The notes: a model not told the origin generated them from the sequence alone. 64,000 nucleotides of DNA from the human T2T-CHM13v2.0 reference genome, Homo sapiens (GCF_009914755.1 NC_060926.1), one strand, 5' to 3'. Positions 17,641 to 33,129 are shown, numbered from the stretch's first letter. Numbers and translations: made by a program.

Positions 17641-20204
17641 CATTATGAGGTTTCAACTATTTAAAGTGACTTCTAGTCTTTCGCAAATTATTTGGAATTG
17701 ATTTACTATAACCTAATAGAATAGCATTGTTCTTCCATTTTCTACTTGAAACTATGGAAATCCAGTTTAGAATCTGGCAACACTACAAGGTGAATCAATT
17801 CTAGAGTGAAGGGCTGAGAGTCCTTAGCTTCATTTCTCCCAGCTGTTTCTTTGGCTTCAGGTTAGCATAGAGGCCTCTCACTTGAATCTATTATCATAAT
17901 CCTTTATATAAAATTATAAAGCACTTGGAAATTGAAGGTTAACATTTTAAACTTGAAATAAAAAATGTTTTTACAAAATGAAGTAAATGTAGTTATCCTC
18001 AGGAAAAAAGATCTTCTGTTTACTGTGAGTAATGCTGTATTGCCATGTTTTCCAAAGAACATGCTTTTCGAAATGAATATCTCCAGATGTGAAAAACTCA
18101 GTGGGATAAATTAGTTTGCAAATATCTTGGTTAAAAAATACTGTTTTAAAACAATGAAATCTTCTCTAGAGATAATTTATATTCTAATAATGGTGGTGAA
18201 TATCCTAGTGGGGGCTATATCCCAAACTTATTTAACCATGAAAACACTTTTTTCTCCTGTGGAACATCTGTTTAGTAGAATACAATTTAGGTAACACCAA
18301 TGAGAGCATATCTTCAGACATTAAAAATATAATTATGCTAACAGTTTGCTTTCAGCAAAATCTCCTGCTAGGTTTAAATAAATGTATACTTCAGAAAGTT
18401 AATCTATAATATCACCTTCTTTTCTTAGGTATGAGAATGATTTATTTTTATAGATTTAGTTAGAGGCTTCACAGCTAATTGACAGAATTACACATTGGAG
18501 GTGAGTCTGTCAAGGACTTTGTTGGTCAAGTTGCTGCCATGCATTTGTTTGAATAGAGCTTTGCTACTCATAAAAGGTACTGGGCATAGAAACTGAGCGT
18601 TGTTATATTCTGTTGGTTCTGCCCCAAATTTCAGCCACGGAGGTAGCCTGGATGTGATGGCTGGCTCTAGAGGCCATACAATTTGGCCACCCTCAGGCAA
18701 TGATTACTTTGGCCCTGCTTTGAGCAGATGAAAAATAGAGGCATTTTTGTATATAAACACTAAATGCTATTTACTGTAGAACGGCTCGTTATGAGTAGCA
18801 GGTGGTATTTATAGTAAATTTGAAGCTTGAGCTCTTTTGTCATTGCTTCTGATACTGTTAGGGGATTTAAACAATCACTACTTTTCTGATCTAAAAATTT
18901 CCCTAAATAGCCAATTTATTAATGCTTATTTGAGGGAAATTTTGGTATTCTTTTCTGTCACCGTTCCCCTTTCATATATTCACAGTCAACTTAAAAAATT
19001 GTGAGGACTATCACGCAGCTGAATTATTTCTTTACATTATTCCACGGCTTCATTTTTAGTTCTCTTTACAGATCTGTTAAATTTTGTGTCTACATGATAG
19101 ATTGTCTACCAGTATTTTATTGTTTTATCCAACATATCAATTTCCTTGTGTTCTCTTCTCAATTCTGTGATCCACCACATTCAGTATATCTCTACAGAAA
19201 CCTCTTTGTACAATGTCCTATAAACAGCAAATGGGAAACAGGTTTCTTTTGTAAGTTTGCTAGATTCTAAAAACATCTTAAATATAAAGAACAAAACTTG
19301 CATTATGATTGAAAAAAATACAGAAGGGATATAAACTTACAAAGATGGTTTATAAGTTTAATTGGTGACTGTCTCTGTGATGTAATTCCAGAGATCTCAC
19401 AACACTAAAAAATGAGGTTTGTAAATATTTTCTACCCCATGGGGTCTCATCTAGTTGCCTTTTAAGCCCTTTGATTAATGTTAAAGTGTGCAAAGGTCTT
19501 TGAGTCCTCAGTTAGATACATAAATGTGTTATATATTTGAGAATTTCCAGTGAATGGATTTAAGGGGGAGATTTGAGTAGGGGAAGAGACTGAGAGCGGA
19601 TGGTTCATATCTTGTCAATTTTTAGTTGGAAATGTGATACATTTTAAAAATTATGGGGTAGGATATGAGAAAAGAAAGCATCTTTGCTAACACACCACTA
19701 AAAAAAATCTTTCATGGGTCTTGGGCTTATTGTTATTTGAAGCTACCCTGAAAGTCAACCACACACTTCCTAAGTGAGATGTCCAAGAGCCTCGGATTGT
19801 AAATTCTCTGACACCTGAAATCTCTTCACTTATCCAGAGAATCTTCCCTTGCTTTCTTCTTTAATGTCTGTGCCCCTTGTCATTGAACTTCAGGGCTGTG
19901 TGTCCAGTAAGTAGATAGAAGGAAGGAGGCTGGAAATAGTGGAAATCTAAGGCTATGAATCTGTGAGGCTTATATTTTGGTAACAGCAACCCCAGGAAGC
20001 AGATTATTATGCTCTAACCCCAGGCATTTGAGGCACACCTGGTCCCTGCAGCTGTTTGGCCTTTGTCAAAAAAAAAAAGGTACTCTGCACAACATGTTGG
20101 TCTTAGAAGAGGTCAATAGAAACCCATGTTATTGCTGGTCTTTACCAAGCTTATGCATTTGAAGATGTAAGTATCTATAAATTCTCCCAAAATATTATCT
20201 CTCC

Positions 20205-20325
20205 AATTTATTTATTTATTCATGTGTTTCTTTTTGTAGAAAAGTGGTCTTGCTATGTTGCCCAGTCTAACCAGTCTCAAACTCCTGGCCTTAAGAGATC
20301 CTTCCATTTTGGCCTCCGAAAGTGG
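20205..20325 (-). mobile_element. FLAM / Alu left-monomer fragment
   Basis: tcttgctatgttgcccag...tctcaaactcctggccttaag. Confidence 0.75.
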
Positions 20326-20509
20326 TCTCCTTAATTTTTAGCTTAAATGTTCCATATGTCATGTGTTACGTAAATTCATTTTCTTTTCAATGATCTCTTC
20401 TCAAAAGAAAATAATTAAGGGTTGAAATTAGACAAACTAAGTTTCTTGAGCTTTTCTGGCAGAATCTTCTAGTTATAAAATAATACCACACACATAGCAT
20501 TTTTATGAG

Positions 20510-20660
20510 AAGGAACTCATAATCCAGTCCTACTCATTTGGTTCATAGATGTGGAGGCCAAGGTCTAGAGAGGTGAAGTGCCTTGCCCAAGGGCTTCAGA
20601 GCTGGACATCAACACGAATCTTTGTGCTCCAGTCTTAGGAGGTCCCCACTACATCCCACT
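20510..20660 (-). mobile_element. MIR fragment
   Basis: aggtctagagaggtgaagtgccttgcccaagg. Confidence 0.7.
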
Positions 20661-22013
20661 GCCTACTTTGCATCTTTGGATTGACTTACCTCATGTCAAA
20701 TTTTTAAAAAGTTTCCCTTAAAATACTCTAAATGTCAAATGTTTGTCATAAATTTTTAGTACTAAGAACCAAATTAAAATATGAAAAATAATTACACTTC
20801 AGTAGAGAAGATTAGCATTAGATTGCTGCTAGATAAAACGCTACTTTAACTTAGTTGGAATCTGAAAATAATATTTAAAATTCACTAAAGATATAAATAA
20901 AATTTGCAAATCCACAAAATGAAAACTGGCTTGAAGAAACATAAGGTCAGAATTCAAAGAAAAGACACCTGCTTCTGTTAGCCCCTGCTTACTGTGCTAT
21001 CTGCTTACCCACCTGTTCTACCAGTGAGCTTGTTCTGACCATACCCCTCCCTGTTCTTTCTTGGCTTGACAGTATTAGGAAGTGAAGAGGCTATTGTGCA
21101 ATAAAGTCGTTAGCATAAACAAAATAGGTCTCCAGTTAATCTCCACTGTTGTGCATATTTCACAGATTATTTTTTCCTACTATGAGTGTTATTTTCATTG
21201 TTTTCCAAACTTTAGATGATTCCTTTGGCTTTCGGCATCTGCCTCGGAAGATATTCACTTAACTTGAAGCAGCTAACCTTGCTCTATTTCTTTCCTTTAT
21301 GTTCAGCCCTGAAGTAGGCCTGGGACTGGAAGTATTTTTGGTAAGGATGTTTTGCATACAGAGGAGGAGGATAGATACAGCAGCATACTTCTGAAAAATT
21401 TATATTTTTCTAAACTAATACTCTATGTTGTAGGTTGGTTTCCCTGGGAAAAAATATTCAGATCGAGATTTTTTGCACAGGGAGTTTATTGGGAGTGCTC
21501 TTGGAAACCACACCTATGAGGCAATGAGGAAAGTAGGACTAAATAGAGGGAGAAATTGGATTGCACTGTAGTCACAATGAGGGCCTCTGTTGATCCCATG
21601 GGAAGATCTGAAGTGGAATGGCACTGTGGAGTTGACCACATAGAGGCAAGAGAGCTAGACCTGTAGACACCTATATTGACTAACATGTGGATATTAGCTG
21701 CCTCCAGAAATGGAGTGTGGGTATTGTGACCCAGGACATGGACGGTCTCTTTACCTGAGGTAGCCTTCTTCAGCCCATGATGTGTCTCAGAGATAAATTC
21801 AGCTGAGAGCCATCAGCTACCAACAATTGCAGAAGGTGGGGAAATGAGTGTTTGAGTCCCAAAGTGTTGATTTGGGAAGGACACCTTGCTACTCACAATA
21901 GTCCGCCGTTTGCACTGCTCAGATCCACATGCTTTGTATAATAAGCTCCAGGAGTAGCTCCTTCTTGATCTCAAGAGCTTCTTTTCCTAGAAAAATTGTA
22001 AGATGGAGGTTAG

Positions 22014-22330
22014 ACCAGACATGGTGGCTCATGGCTGTGATTGCAGCACTTTGGGAGGCCGAGGCAGGTGGATTGCTTGAGCCTAGGAGATAAAGATCAG
22101 CCTGGGTAACACAGGGAGACCCCAACTCTACAAAAAAACAATTAGCCAGGCATGGTGACATGTGTCTGTGGTCTTAGCTACTCAGGAGCCTGAGAAAGGA
22201 GGATCACTTGAGCCTGAGAGTTTGAGGGTACAGTGAGCTGTGATGATTATGACACTGCACTCACCCTGGGTGATAGAAGGAGACCCCGTATCAAAAAGCA
22301 AAGCAAAGCAAAACAAAACAAAAAAAACAG
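22014..22330 (+). mobile_element. AluJ nested in the ERVL
   Basis: Full dimer; TSD ggaggttag on both sides. Confidence 0.9.
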
Positions 22331-22454
22331 GAAGGGAGGTTAGTGGAATGAATTCCAGTTCTAGCTGCTTCTCAAGGCTACTATTTAACATCTCTCTTCT
22401 ATTACACACTCTAGATTCCACTTACCTTTGTCTGCTAGCACCTCTGCTAGGCTA

Positions 22455-22638
22455 TTTTTTAAATCTGTTCCCTCAAGTATTTATGCTTTGAGTTACAAAC
22501 AATCCAATTACACTCTTGAAATTATTTTAAAATGTATAATTATTATTGACTATAGTCACCCTGTTGTGCTATCAAACATTTGGTCTTATTCATTCTTTTT
22601 ATGTTTTTGGTACTCATTAACCATCCCTACCTCCTCCT
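22455..22638 (-). mobile_element. Short L1MA2/3-like 3' UTR insertion nested in the ERVL
   Basis: gagttacaaacaatccaattacactct...ctgttgtgctatcaaa; TSD cacctctgctaggcta / cacctctgctggtcta. Confidence 0.8.
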
Positions 22639-24256
22639 CACCTCTGCTGGTCTAGATAACACATTTGCTTGGATGACTGAGATCCTCATCTCTGAGGGTC
22701 CTGAGCCCCTGTTCACCATGTTCTTTGCATATGCGGCTGCTGAATTTATCCATTTTCAAGCAAAATTGTGCCAGGGAGTACCAAGATATACTGAAAATAT
22801 CACTTGGATGCCTCACATGTTCTTCCATGCCTTCGTTTGTGGCATGAAGCTTAAAATGAATGGGCAGCATTTCTAGAGATTAAAGTTCAAAGGCACTCTT
22901 GCTGTGTCCTGTGGTGGAAGCATTCCCATCTGGGAGCTAGGATCTCTAAACCTGTAGAGTACAAAATTAAGAGAAAAGAAACTGTGGATTTTTCAAATGG
23001 CTTATTGACAGTGAGGGTAAGCTGGGCCACTTGTGTTTCAACCCTTTTGTTCCTGGACCCATGTGGTGTACCCATTGGGAAAATAGCACCATTAAAAGTC
23101 ATTGATTTAGTGTGATACAACATTCTGGGGAAAGATTCTTCATCTTTCCAGGGCATCATTTGCAAGCAGGTGCCCCAGCTGTTGCTTTATCAGGCCTTTC
23201 CTTTGCTCCACTGGGACAGCAGCTTGCAGGTGGTGTAGTAAGTGATAGCTCCAGTGGACCGCCTTGCCGTATGGCCACTGCAAAGCATGAGAAATCCTGT
23301 GTCAGTGGATGAAACACTGTGTAAACTCAGAGGGAGGCTAGGTTGGGTTCTGCAGGTAGAAAAGTAAAACCCATACACCAAACGTATGCTGATTCTATTA
23401 AAGTTGAGTTGCTGCCCCTTTCAAGACAAAAACAGCCTAATCTGATCAACTTGCCAACAAATAGCTTTGCAGTCTTCTTGAGGGGTAGAGCCATTTGAGC
23501 AGCTAAGATTTGATCTCTGTTGTTAGCAAGTTGGACATGTGGCATTAGCAGTAGTTAGATCAGTCTTAGTGAGTGGGAGCTCATGCTGCTGGCCCATGCA
23601 TAGCCTCTATCCTTGCCACTATACTACTCAACTCATGTATCTATAGTGCAACCATGAGGTGGTCAATGACAGGCTCCTAACCCCAGCAGCAACAATCCAG
23701 TTTCATAGTCTTTATAATTATTATCTTTCATATTTCTTAAAGCTGAAGATACCACACCCATAAGTGTAGTCACTTCCACCACTATCCTCTCTCTGTTCAT
23801 GCTCAGCGAAAGTTTTAATACTTGTCCCAACACTCCAGGTTAGGAGCTGTCAGTATTTCACTTACCACCAGTGATGAACTTTTCATGGTTGATTGGTCGG
23901 TAGGTGATTCAGCAGCAAAATGTCATTTTATAGTTGTTTTCCTTGAATCACTCCTGGCACCAATTGTTACAGAATGGATTCCCCTAAAAAACAGAGGCTG
24001 AGAAGGAGATCTGCATGCAGAAACTTTATAAGTGTATGTTCCTGGGGTCAATACCCATTTTGGGTTGAAGGAAAAAAGATTGTGTAGAGAGAAGATAAAA
24101 TGAGAGGCCTTGCATAAAGGTCCCAGGTGATTTCAGAGGGAGCTCTGGAGCTGTGATGGCCCTTTAGTTGAGCCATGATGAGGGTCTGGACCTATATACA
24201 TCTAAACAGGTTGGCCATTGAATGTCAACTGCCCTTAAGACGGAGGCAACTTTAGA

Positions 24257-24720
<464 letters not shown>

Positions 24721-24849
24721 GGAAGCAACTTTAGTCTCCCAATAGCTGGAGGTGATGGAAAAAGGAGCAGTGTTTCAGTCCTGAAAGCGGATTAAGGGAT
24801 GGGATATCTGGATGGAGCACCACGGCATGCACTATATTATTTATTGCAT

Positions 24850-25200
24850 AAAATTTGCAAAAGGCAAAAAGTGTAAAAAGAAAGATAAATGTGACTCATA
24901 ATACCATCACCTAGATTTAACTGCTGTTAGTATTTTGATATATTTTCTTCCCTCCTTTTTCCTAGGTATCTATATTTCCTGCATATTTGGAAGCATACCC
25001 AAAATATTTCACATATTACTGCATCACTTAACATAATTTACGTAATTCTTCATATTATTGAAAATAAATGTCATATCCTTAATTTTAGAGGCTCTAAATA
25101 TTTCAACTTGTTGATGTACCTTCACCTAACAATTTCTATATTATAAGTTGGGATCTCCTATATTTTATGAATATAAATAATAGCGGTATAAATTTAAACT
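24850..25200 (-). mobile_element. Old L1ME fragment
   Basis: ctcataataccatcacctagatttaactgctgttagtattttgatatattttcttcc. Confidence 0.55.
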
Positions 25201-26105
25201 GTTGGTCCTTGATCTAAACATATCTCAAAGAGTTCTCTTCTTTCTTGTGAACTAAAAAGTAAATCTTCATCAGAAAGATTCTCTCAACGTTCCCTTCCTG
25301 AAATGCTGGGATTTTTTTGTTGTGATGGGGAAAAGAAATAACAGCTGGTCATTTTCTGATTTTCTTGTGTTGTTACTTCAATTCTGCCCCTCACCAGAGG
25401 GGCAGATCACCAGGTATGTGATTTCAGGTTACTCAGTTAAGTCCTCCGACCCTAAGATCTTACATCAGTAAGTGTATAATTCCTGCCATTCTCCCTCACA
25501 AATTTATTGTGAAAAACCCACACACTCTCCTAACATGGAAGGGATTGTTTTGTAGTGATGATGATCCTGTCTAGGGGTAGGAGAATAGTGTGATGGGCAG
25601 AACTAGAAAAATAACAAAACAAAACCTGTCCTTGTTTTTGTGAACTGTATTCCAATTTGCCTAGTGTCACATTTTCACAGACAAATGAAGAAAATGAGAC
25701 TCATTAGCTTTGTTTCAAAACAGACAGGGGCTGTGCTTGCATAGCAACCAGCAGCAAGATGGAGAAGAGCAGGGTTCAGCTGACAGTCCAGATGCTTGCT
25801 GATTCTCAGGATGCAAACAAAGCATCTGGGTGGTTGACTGAATCTCCCATTCACCATCACGGTGCTTGGTCTCATGTAGACAGTATTGCCAGTTGGTGAG
25901 ACGGAAGTAGATCATCCATATGGACAGAAATACATAGATTTATATGGATCCCAGTCCAGTATGTTTGAATGTACAAATGTCTCTCTTTGTACCCACATAA
26001 GTGGGAATATTAGGCAGGGGCAGCCGTAAAGACTGTAGAGATGTAAATGATGACAGAATAAATAGTCTTCTATCCTACTACAGATAAGCAAAGGGAAGCT
26101 TTTTA

Positions 26106-26593
<488 letters not shown>

Positions 26594-27109
26594 TCAGAAT
26601 GTGATGCCAATGAGTTAGAAACCCTAGGCCCTAACCTGAGTCAATGCATCCAGATTCCAGATTAAGATGGGATGTTCAGGGGATTTGAGTGTCTCATCTA
26701 CCCCCCATCTCCAACCAGGCATAGAGGGGAGGAGAGCCTATTAGTTTTCTAGAGGGAGGAAGAAATTAGCTTTCTCAGTTCCTCATTCTTCTCCCTTCTG
26801 CTCCTTTACTTCTGTAGCCTTGTAGGAACTTTGGAAATGTGATTGGTTATTTTTAAAATGTATTTATCCAGGGTTATGATTAATCAGACATTCACCAGGA
26901 AATCTATCTTTTCTTTTGAGGTTTTTTCATTGACTCTGTATTTGTTATAACTAGAAATTATATAACACACATGTAATAACCTAAAACACGATATAATATT
27001 ATCCTAAGTAGTATTTGTTCGTCATTCAGTATGTGCTTCTATATGTATTAGGCACCCAAGAGCCAACAGAGTATGAGGGGAAATAGCTCCTGGTACCTGA
27101 TGTCTCCTT

Positions 27110-27800
27110 ATCTCTCATTCACACCTCAACCCCCTGAAATATGACTCCTGCTCCTACAAGTTAATTGAAATGTCTCTTGCCAAAGTCAATGATGACCTCT
27201 GTTGATAAATTCAGTAGAGAGTTAGCTTTTATCTTATTTGACCTCTCAGCAGCAATGCGACAAGGCTGACTAGTTTCTCCTTGAAAAAGCCCCTTCCCAG
27301 GCTCCTGGGATACCATACTGCCTGGCTTTCCTACCACTTCTCTCTGGTACCTCTTTCTTTGATCCTTAGCATGTTTCTCCCTCCTCTGCTAATCCTTCCA
27401 ATGTTGTTGTTTCTCAGCATACTGCTCTAGTCTCCCTCTTCCTCTCCTGTTTGTATTCTCCTTTTCTATCCTGTTCTCACTTCACCCAGCCTCCCTGAGT
27501 AAACAAAACCATCCCAACATGTCTGCAGTCCCTAGTTTCATATATGCTATATAGCTCCTTATACATCTGATGTTTAAAATTTTGTTTTCATCTGAATCTT
27601 CACACCTGGACACTAGCCCATTTAGCAAATGACCACTTGTAGATCTTGATTTTGTTGTCTCACAGGTGCTTGTATTTTACTCTAATCAAAGAAAAATTCA
27701 TCCTCTTCTCCCACAGATTTGACTGTCATCCATTTTGCCTTTCTCACTGAATGGTACAAATGTGCAACTCACAGTGTAAGTCAGAAATATGAGTGGCATG
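27110..27800 (+). mobile_element. L2 ORF2 remnant
   Basis: ctcttgccaaagtcaatgatgacctc...tcttatttgacctctcagcagca; pyrimidine-rich. Confidence 0.75.
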
Positions 27801-30320
27801 GTTAAAGTGAATTTGAGTCACATACGGGTATTTGTTTCTATCTTGTGTTTCTGTTTTGTTTTGTTTGTTTATTGAATCCTCCCAGTGGCAACAAACCTCA
27901 GATTGAATTCCTTGCCTCCTGTGAATAAAAAAAGCATCTCCTGCCTAGGGAGTGCTGTTCTTTTCTGTGCTTCTGTTGGCTGATCATTGTCTTCAGATGC
28001 AGGGCAGCAGGATGTCATTTCTAGTTAGGATTGTGCCAGGAGGTCTCCCCGCTGTGGGAATAAAGCCAAGGGCCCCTCCTGCAAAGGTACACAGTAAGAC
28101 AGCCAAGATGAGCTAGGAACTGGAATTTTAATTTTCAGTGTTGGTGGTACAGAGATGTGGATGAGGGATTGTTTTAGCATAAGAAATTAAATGCCTGTCA
28201 ACATAGTCTGCAGAATTAACATAGAAAAAAATCATTTCCAGCATTTTTCAGGGCTTAGATTCAATGAGTAGTTATTGGCATCATTATTTAGTAGGAGGAT
28301 TTCTATCAACAGACTTGATATATCTCTGCATCCTAATTTCAATGTATTTTTTTTCCTGTTAGCAAGAAGAATGTTATTATCTGTTAGATTTGGTGGTGGA
28401 AGCAAAGCAGAAGGAAGCAGAGAATATGAAATTGTGAACTCAAGCAGTAACAATATTTAGAAAAGGAAACAATCCCAGGAGAAAGAATTGGATAAACTTG
28501 ATAGGTTTTCTAATTTCTAAATGTTCTTACATATCTAACCAATTTCATGTGCTCTCTGCCATGTCTATGGTATACCTTAAAAATCAATTTAGCCCTTCAG
28601 GAAACTGGGTTGGCATGCTTTAGCACAATATTTTTACCAGATTTAGAAATGATCATTATCATTTTTCCTGGGGTTATGATGGGTCTGAAGAAGGTTAGTA
28701 GCAGAAGACAAAATAAGAAGCACTATTTTACAATGAGAGAATGACATTTAAATTGTTACCTTTCAAAAATTGTTTATTAGCCATGCTGACCTCTCTCTGA
28801 GGAAGTATTGGAACATGAAAAAATATGAAATTGTACACTTTTTTTCTCTTTTCTTAACCATTAGGAGATTGTAACAAGTTCCTACCCCTTAGCAATGGGT
28901 ATTTTTGAGCCCCACTGGGTAACATGGTATTATAGGCATGAAGTATAAAAAACTTAGGATGTATGTTTACCAAGAAGATTTAAGTGATCATCCAAGCTCC
29001 CACATACTTCCTGAAAATTCTGCAGAGTGAGTGTTTTTAATCCAGTTCATGAGATACTGAACTAACATGGGAAAGGAGTCTGGAGGCTTTAAGCATGTTC
29101 ATTTAGGTAGTAATTTCTATCTTATGTGTTATCAACCTTTATTAGAGTGGTTAATAAGCAGCTAAAATGAGACTGATTGTGGTTTAATTTTATTTAATTT
29201 CCCTAGTCTCCACTTAAATGAAAGGCATTAAGTAGCAGTAAGTTGACCAGGCCTCCCAGACAGAGGTGAGAGGAGAAAGAAGAAAAGCACATGTGCAGTT
29301 TCATCTGAGATTGGACAAACAGCTTCTGGGTTATAAGGAACTGACTCTACCTTTCTGGAGAAGCTGCAGTTTTATCTGGAGGATACAGGAAAGCACATAA
29401 TGAGGCATAAATATCATATATTATTTTCTTTGCAGCATGAGATAGTTTTGACTTTTGTTCCTGTACTATTTAGGCTCAGGGTTAGGGCACTAGGGATGCA
29501 GACAGCTTGAGTGCAGGATGGAGCATCTGGGTCGTATGCACAGAGCATTAAGCAAACATCTCGTATGCCCACACTTTAGACAATTCTGACAGCTGCTGGA
29601 ACAAACTATTTTGCAGTACAATTATACAAAACTAAAAGCAGTCAGCAATTGTATTTACCATTGTGAATTGTGTTCCAAATCTTATTCTCTCTGAGATACT
29701 CATTTTAATGAGCTAAAGATGTTCACCTAAAAAAATAAAAGGTTTTGTATATAAGCATCTTCAAAAATGTTTTTATACTGTCTGGCGCTGTTACTACATT
29801 TCTTCCTGAACATATTATGATTCCTAAGTTAGATCCTACTAGAGCCAAAACTCAGGTCTGTAATTTGTTGAAATGCTCTATGATAGTGAGTTCGTGAGAC
29901 CTTACTGTCTTTATCCACTAGGAACAGACTGAATGTTAGGAATTGGGCCACACTGAATTTATGATGATGCTTATCTTCAGTCTTTCTAGAGAATATAGGC
30001 TACCCAATGAGTGAAATGACATGACAATAAAGCATGTTTATGTAGCTTAGCTTTCTGAAACCAAGGATGTTATAGGACATAGCAAGCTCAAAACATTGAA
30101 ACTCTTAGCAAATTTGTTAATTTTAGATTTGTTTGGTTCCAATTAAATTTCTTTTTTTTCTGCCACCTTGCAGGAAGTGCTAATAACCAATGGTATGAAT
30201 AACTCATGATAGAAGCTAGATGAGATATCATTCTCCTTATATGCTCATTGAATCTTTTGCATATTTGCATCATAGCCATAACTTTGTTGTCTTGTATTTT
30301 TGTGTGTCTTCCCTGCAGAC

Positions 30321-30545
30321 CATGAGTTGACATAAGAAATCCTTCAGGCCAAATCCTGCCCACTTCTTTTTTTTAATAAATAAAGTTTTATTGATAACAC
30401 AGCTCCATGCATCTGTTTATTTATTGCCTGTATCTTCTTTTGTGTGGCAATGGAAGAGTGGAGTAGTTGGAACAGAGACTATATGGCAAGCAAAGCCCAA
30501 GTATTTACTATCTGACCTTTAACAGAAAATGGTTGCAGAATCCAG
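30321..30545 (+). mobile_element. MER58A hAT-Charlie MITE nested in an L2 3' end (~30290-30650)
   Basis: ggccaaatcc...aataaagttttattg...tatttactatctgaccttt; 8-bp TSD ctgcagac/ctgcagcc. Confidence 0.85.
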
Positions 30546-30669
30546 CTGCAGCCTATGACCTCTTGAGAAGCTGGGATTCTTTTCTGTTGCCTAGGAATCC
30601 CAAATGCATTGCACAGTACTTGGCATATGGTAGTAGGCACTCAATGTCATTATTAAGAAGCATCAGCAG

Positions 30670-30960
30670 CATTGAGATTAGTCAAGTGCTTACTGTCTTT
30701 CAGGCACTCTGCTAAGTGTTAAGTGCCTTTAGCTGCATTATTTTATTGATTCTGCTCAACAACCCCATGAAGTAGGTATGCTATCATTGTCCTCATTTTA
30801 TAGGTGAAGAAACTAAAACACAAACATGCTGAATGTTGTTTAAAAAGTCACACAGCTGGTATGTGGTGAAGAAGAAGAAAGGTGCTGAAAGATTTTAAAA
30901 AAGTCACATAGCTCGTATGTGGTTGACCAGTATTCATAGATTCAAATCTTAGTACCTACA
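30670..30960 (-). mobile_element. MIR with an internal tandem duplication
   Basis: aacaaccccatgaagtaggt...cattttataggtgaagaaact. Confidence 0.8.
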
Positions 30961-32694
30961 CTTACTAAGTGATTAATGAAAACTCAGTACAGTGAAGCAA
31001 AGAGCCTGAGTCCCCTACAAATTACACGGCCCCAACAAGGACACATGCCAGAGGCCACCATCCTAGAGGGCTGCACCTTTTTGAGAAGGTAATAAATGGC
31101 TATTCTTCTTTTCCTCCCTGCTCTCACTTTTTTAAACCTTCTCTATCTGTTGCACTGGTAAGTAAAGGTCTGAGTGTGTCCTTTGCCAGGCAGGGCTTTA
31201 TAGAGGACTAACATGGGCCAAGGTGAGGACTTGTGTGGAAAGAAAGCAAGAATGGCTGCTTGACTGTTTCTGGGTCAAGTCTCAGGGCTCTGATTTCTGT
31301 GTTGTTCAGCCTAGGTAGATAGGGGAGCAGATGAGTGTTAGAACAGAAGGCTTAGTGTGGTCATGGCTGTACATTTGGCTGGTTCAGATCCTGTGTCTTT
31401 TCTCTTGGGAAACTGATGGAAGCAGTGGGTTTTGGATTTGGGGTGGTAATGACTGAACCAAGGGATCCCTAATGTCCACCAGAACCAGCAGTAGAAAACC
31501 TCAATAGCTGGTAAATGACTGACAACCACTGTCTGCCTTAAACTGCAATATTGGTAGCTTTGTCAAGTAGTAGGTAGTAAATACAAGAAGTTCACTGACT
31601 GCACTACCATCCAGAGATTTTTATGTGAAGAATAAAAAATGACAGAGATTCAGTCAGTATTTCAAAACCCACAATCAGTTATTAAAGGGGAATAATATGC
31701 TCAGTATATACTGATGATCAGGGTAAATAGTGGAGTCAACCAGTTTACTGACTGTGGCAAATACTGAGCTCCCTAACAAAATATTATTATATATGTATCT
31801 AAACATGTATAGTAGTAAGCATGTATATAGCAGGACGGCTCATTGATTTGGTTCCCACAGAACTTCATTTTCTCTTATACGTTTATTTTTAATTTTAAAA
31901 GATGAGCTAAATTCTAATATTGTGTGTCTCAATAAGAAGGTTGAAGTATTATGTTTTAATCAAATAGTTTGATAGTCTCAAATAACCTAAAGCTATCCTC
32001 AGATTATTTATTGATTCCTTCTTGTTTATTTCCCAGTATCGTTATTCTTCTTGTCTTCCAAGGTTCCCCCAACCAGGGCACTGTGGCCTGTGCATACCCA
32101 CAAGTAAGCACTGGGAGTACTTGAGAAACCTGGGAAGCTTCATTAAATTTCCAGGACACCAGGGTAAGAATCACTGTGCCAAGCCAGTCATTTACAGAAA
32201 GGCAAAACCCTTGTGCTTTGAATTCTCTTGTTACCACCTCAGAGGTCCATAGAAATCTTCTGAGTTTTTGTTGTTCTTTCTTGGTCTGTTTTTCTTGAAG
32301 GAAGAACTCACTAGGTGTGTTTTTATGTACAATTTTACTCAGTAAACTGAAATTACAATATGGAAAACATATAATTATGGAATCAAGCAAGCAGTAATCA
32401 TTTTGTACAAAATGCCAGAAATCTACAACTATGGCAATTACTGTGGCACACCTAGCTGAGATCAAATTTGCATAGTATTAATGTCTAAGTGATACTCCAT
32501 GTGGCTCAAAAGAATAAAAAATTTTCTAATCCAAGAGGACTTGCAAATGATAAGCACAGGAAACAAGCAGGGTCTCTTCATTCACCTGGCAAATTTATAT
32601 ATCTTCCCTTCTGAAACTGCTGGTGAAGTTTTATTCTTTTATTTGTGTAATCATCAAAGGATGGCTTTCATAATATTTCTACTGTGAGTTTTTA

Positions 32695-32890
32695 AAGCAC
32701 TGTACCTTCTGATAATTGTCATATACCTCATTTTATTCTCATAACACCCCTTTAAGGTGAACATGAAGCTTTTTCTGCTTTCAAATGGCCTTGTGTTCCA
32801 GAATCTAGTGGTTTGCCTATAACAGTCTGAAAGAGTTAATAATGCTGAGTGACAGGAACTCAGCTTCTCCTGACTTCAAATTCTCTTTTC
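32695..32890 (-). mobile_element. MIR fragment
   Basis: ctcattttattctcataacaccc. Confidence 0.55.
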
Positions 32891-33129
32891 CTTAGTGTGG
32901 GGAAAATCACATTTTACCTGCTCATAAAGTCCTCTATTTTCTCTTTCTTTTTTTGTCTTAGTTCTAAATAGCTAAAATTAAAAAAAATACTAGATTACAT
33001 TTAGTCTCACTTTCACAATGTGAGGGAAGCAGACTATATCTAAACCCTTCTCAGCTTTGATTTAGTTACTTTTCAGAGTCTTTGGAAAGGAACGTCTGCA
33101 CACAGTGAGAACATTTCATGAAAGACAGC

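Noticed and set aside
18210-18300. Possible small hAT MITE
   Set aside because: Too degenerate to support termini or TSD by eye.
32004-32465. 153-aa minus-strand ORF
   Set aside because: Non-ATG start, no recognisable homology or splice context.
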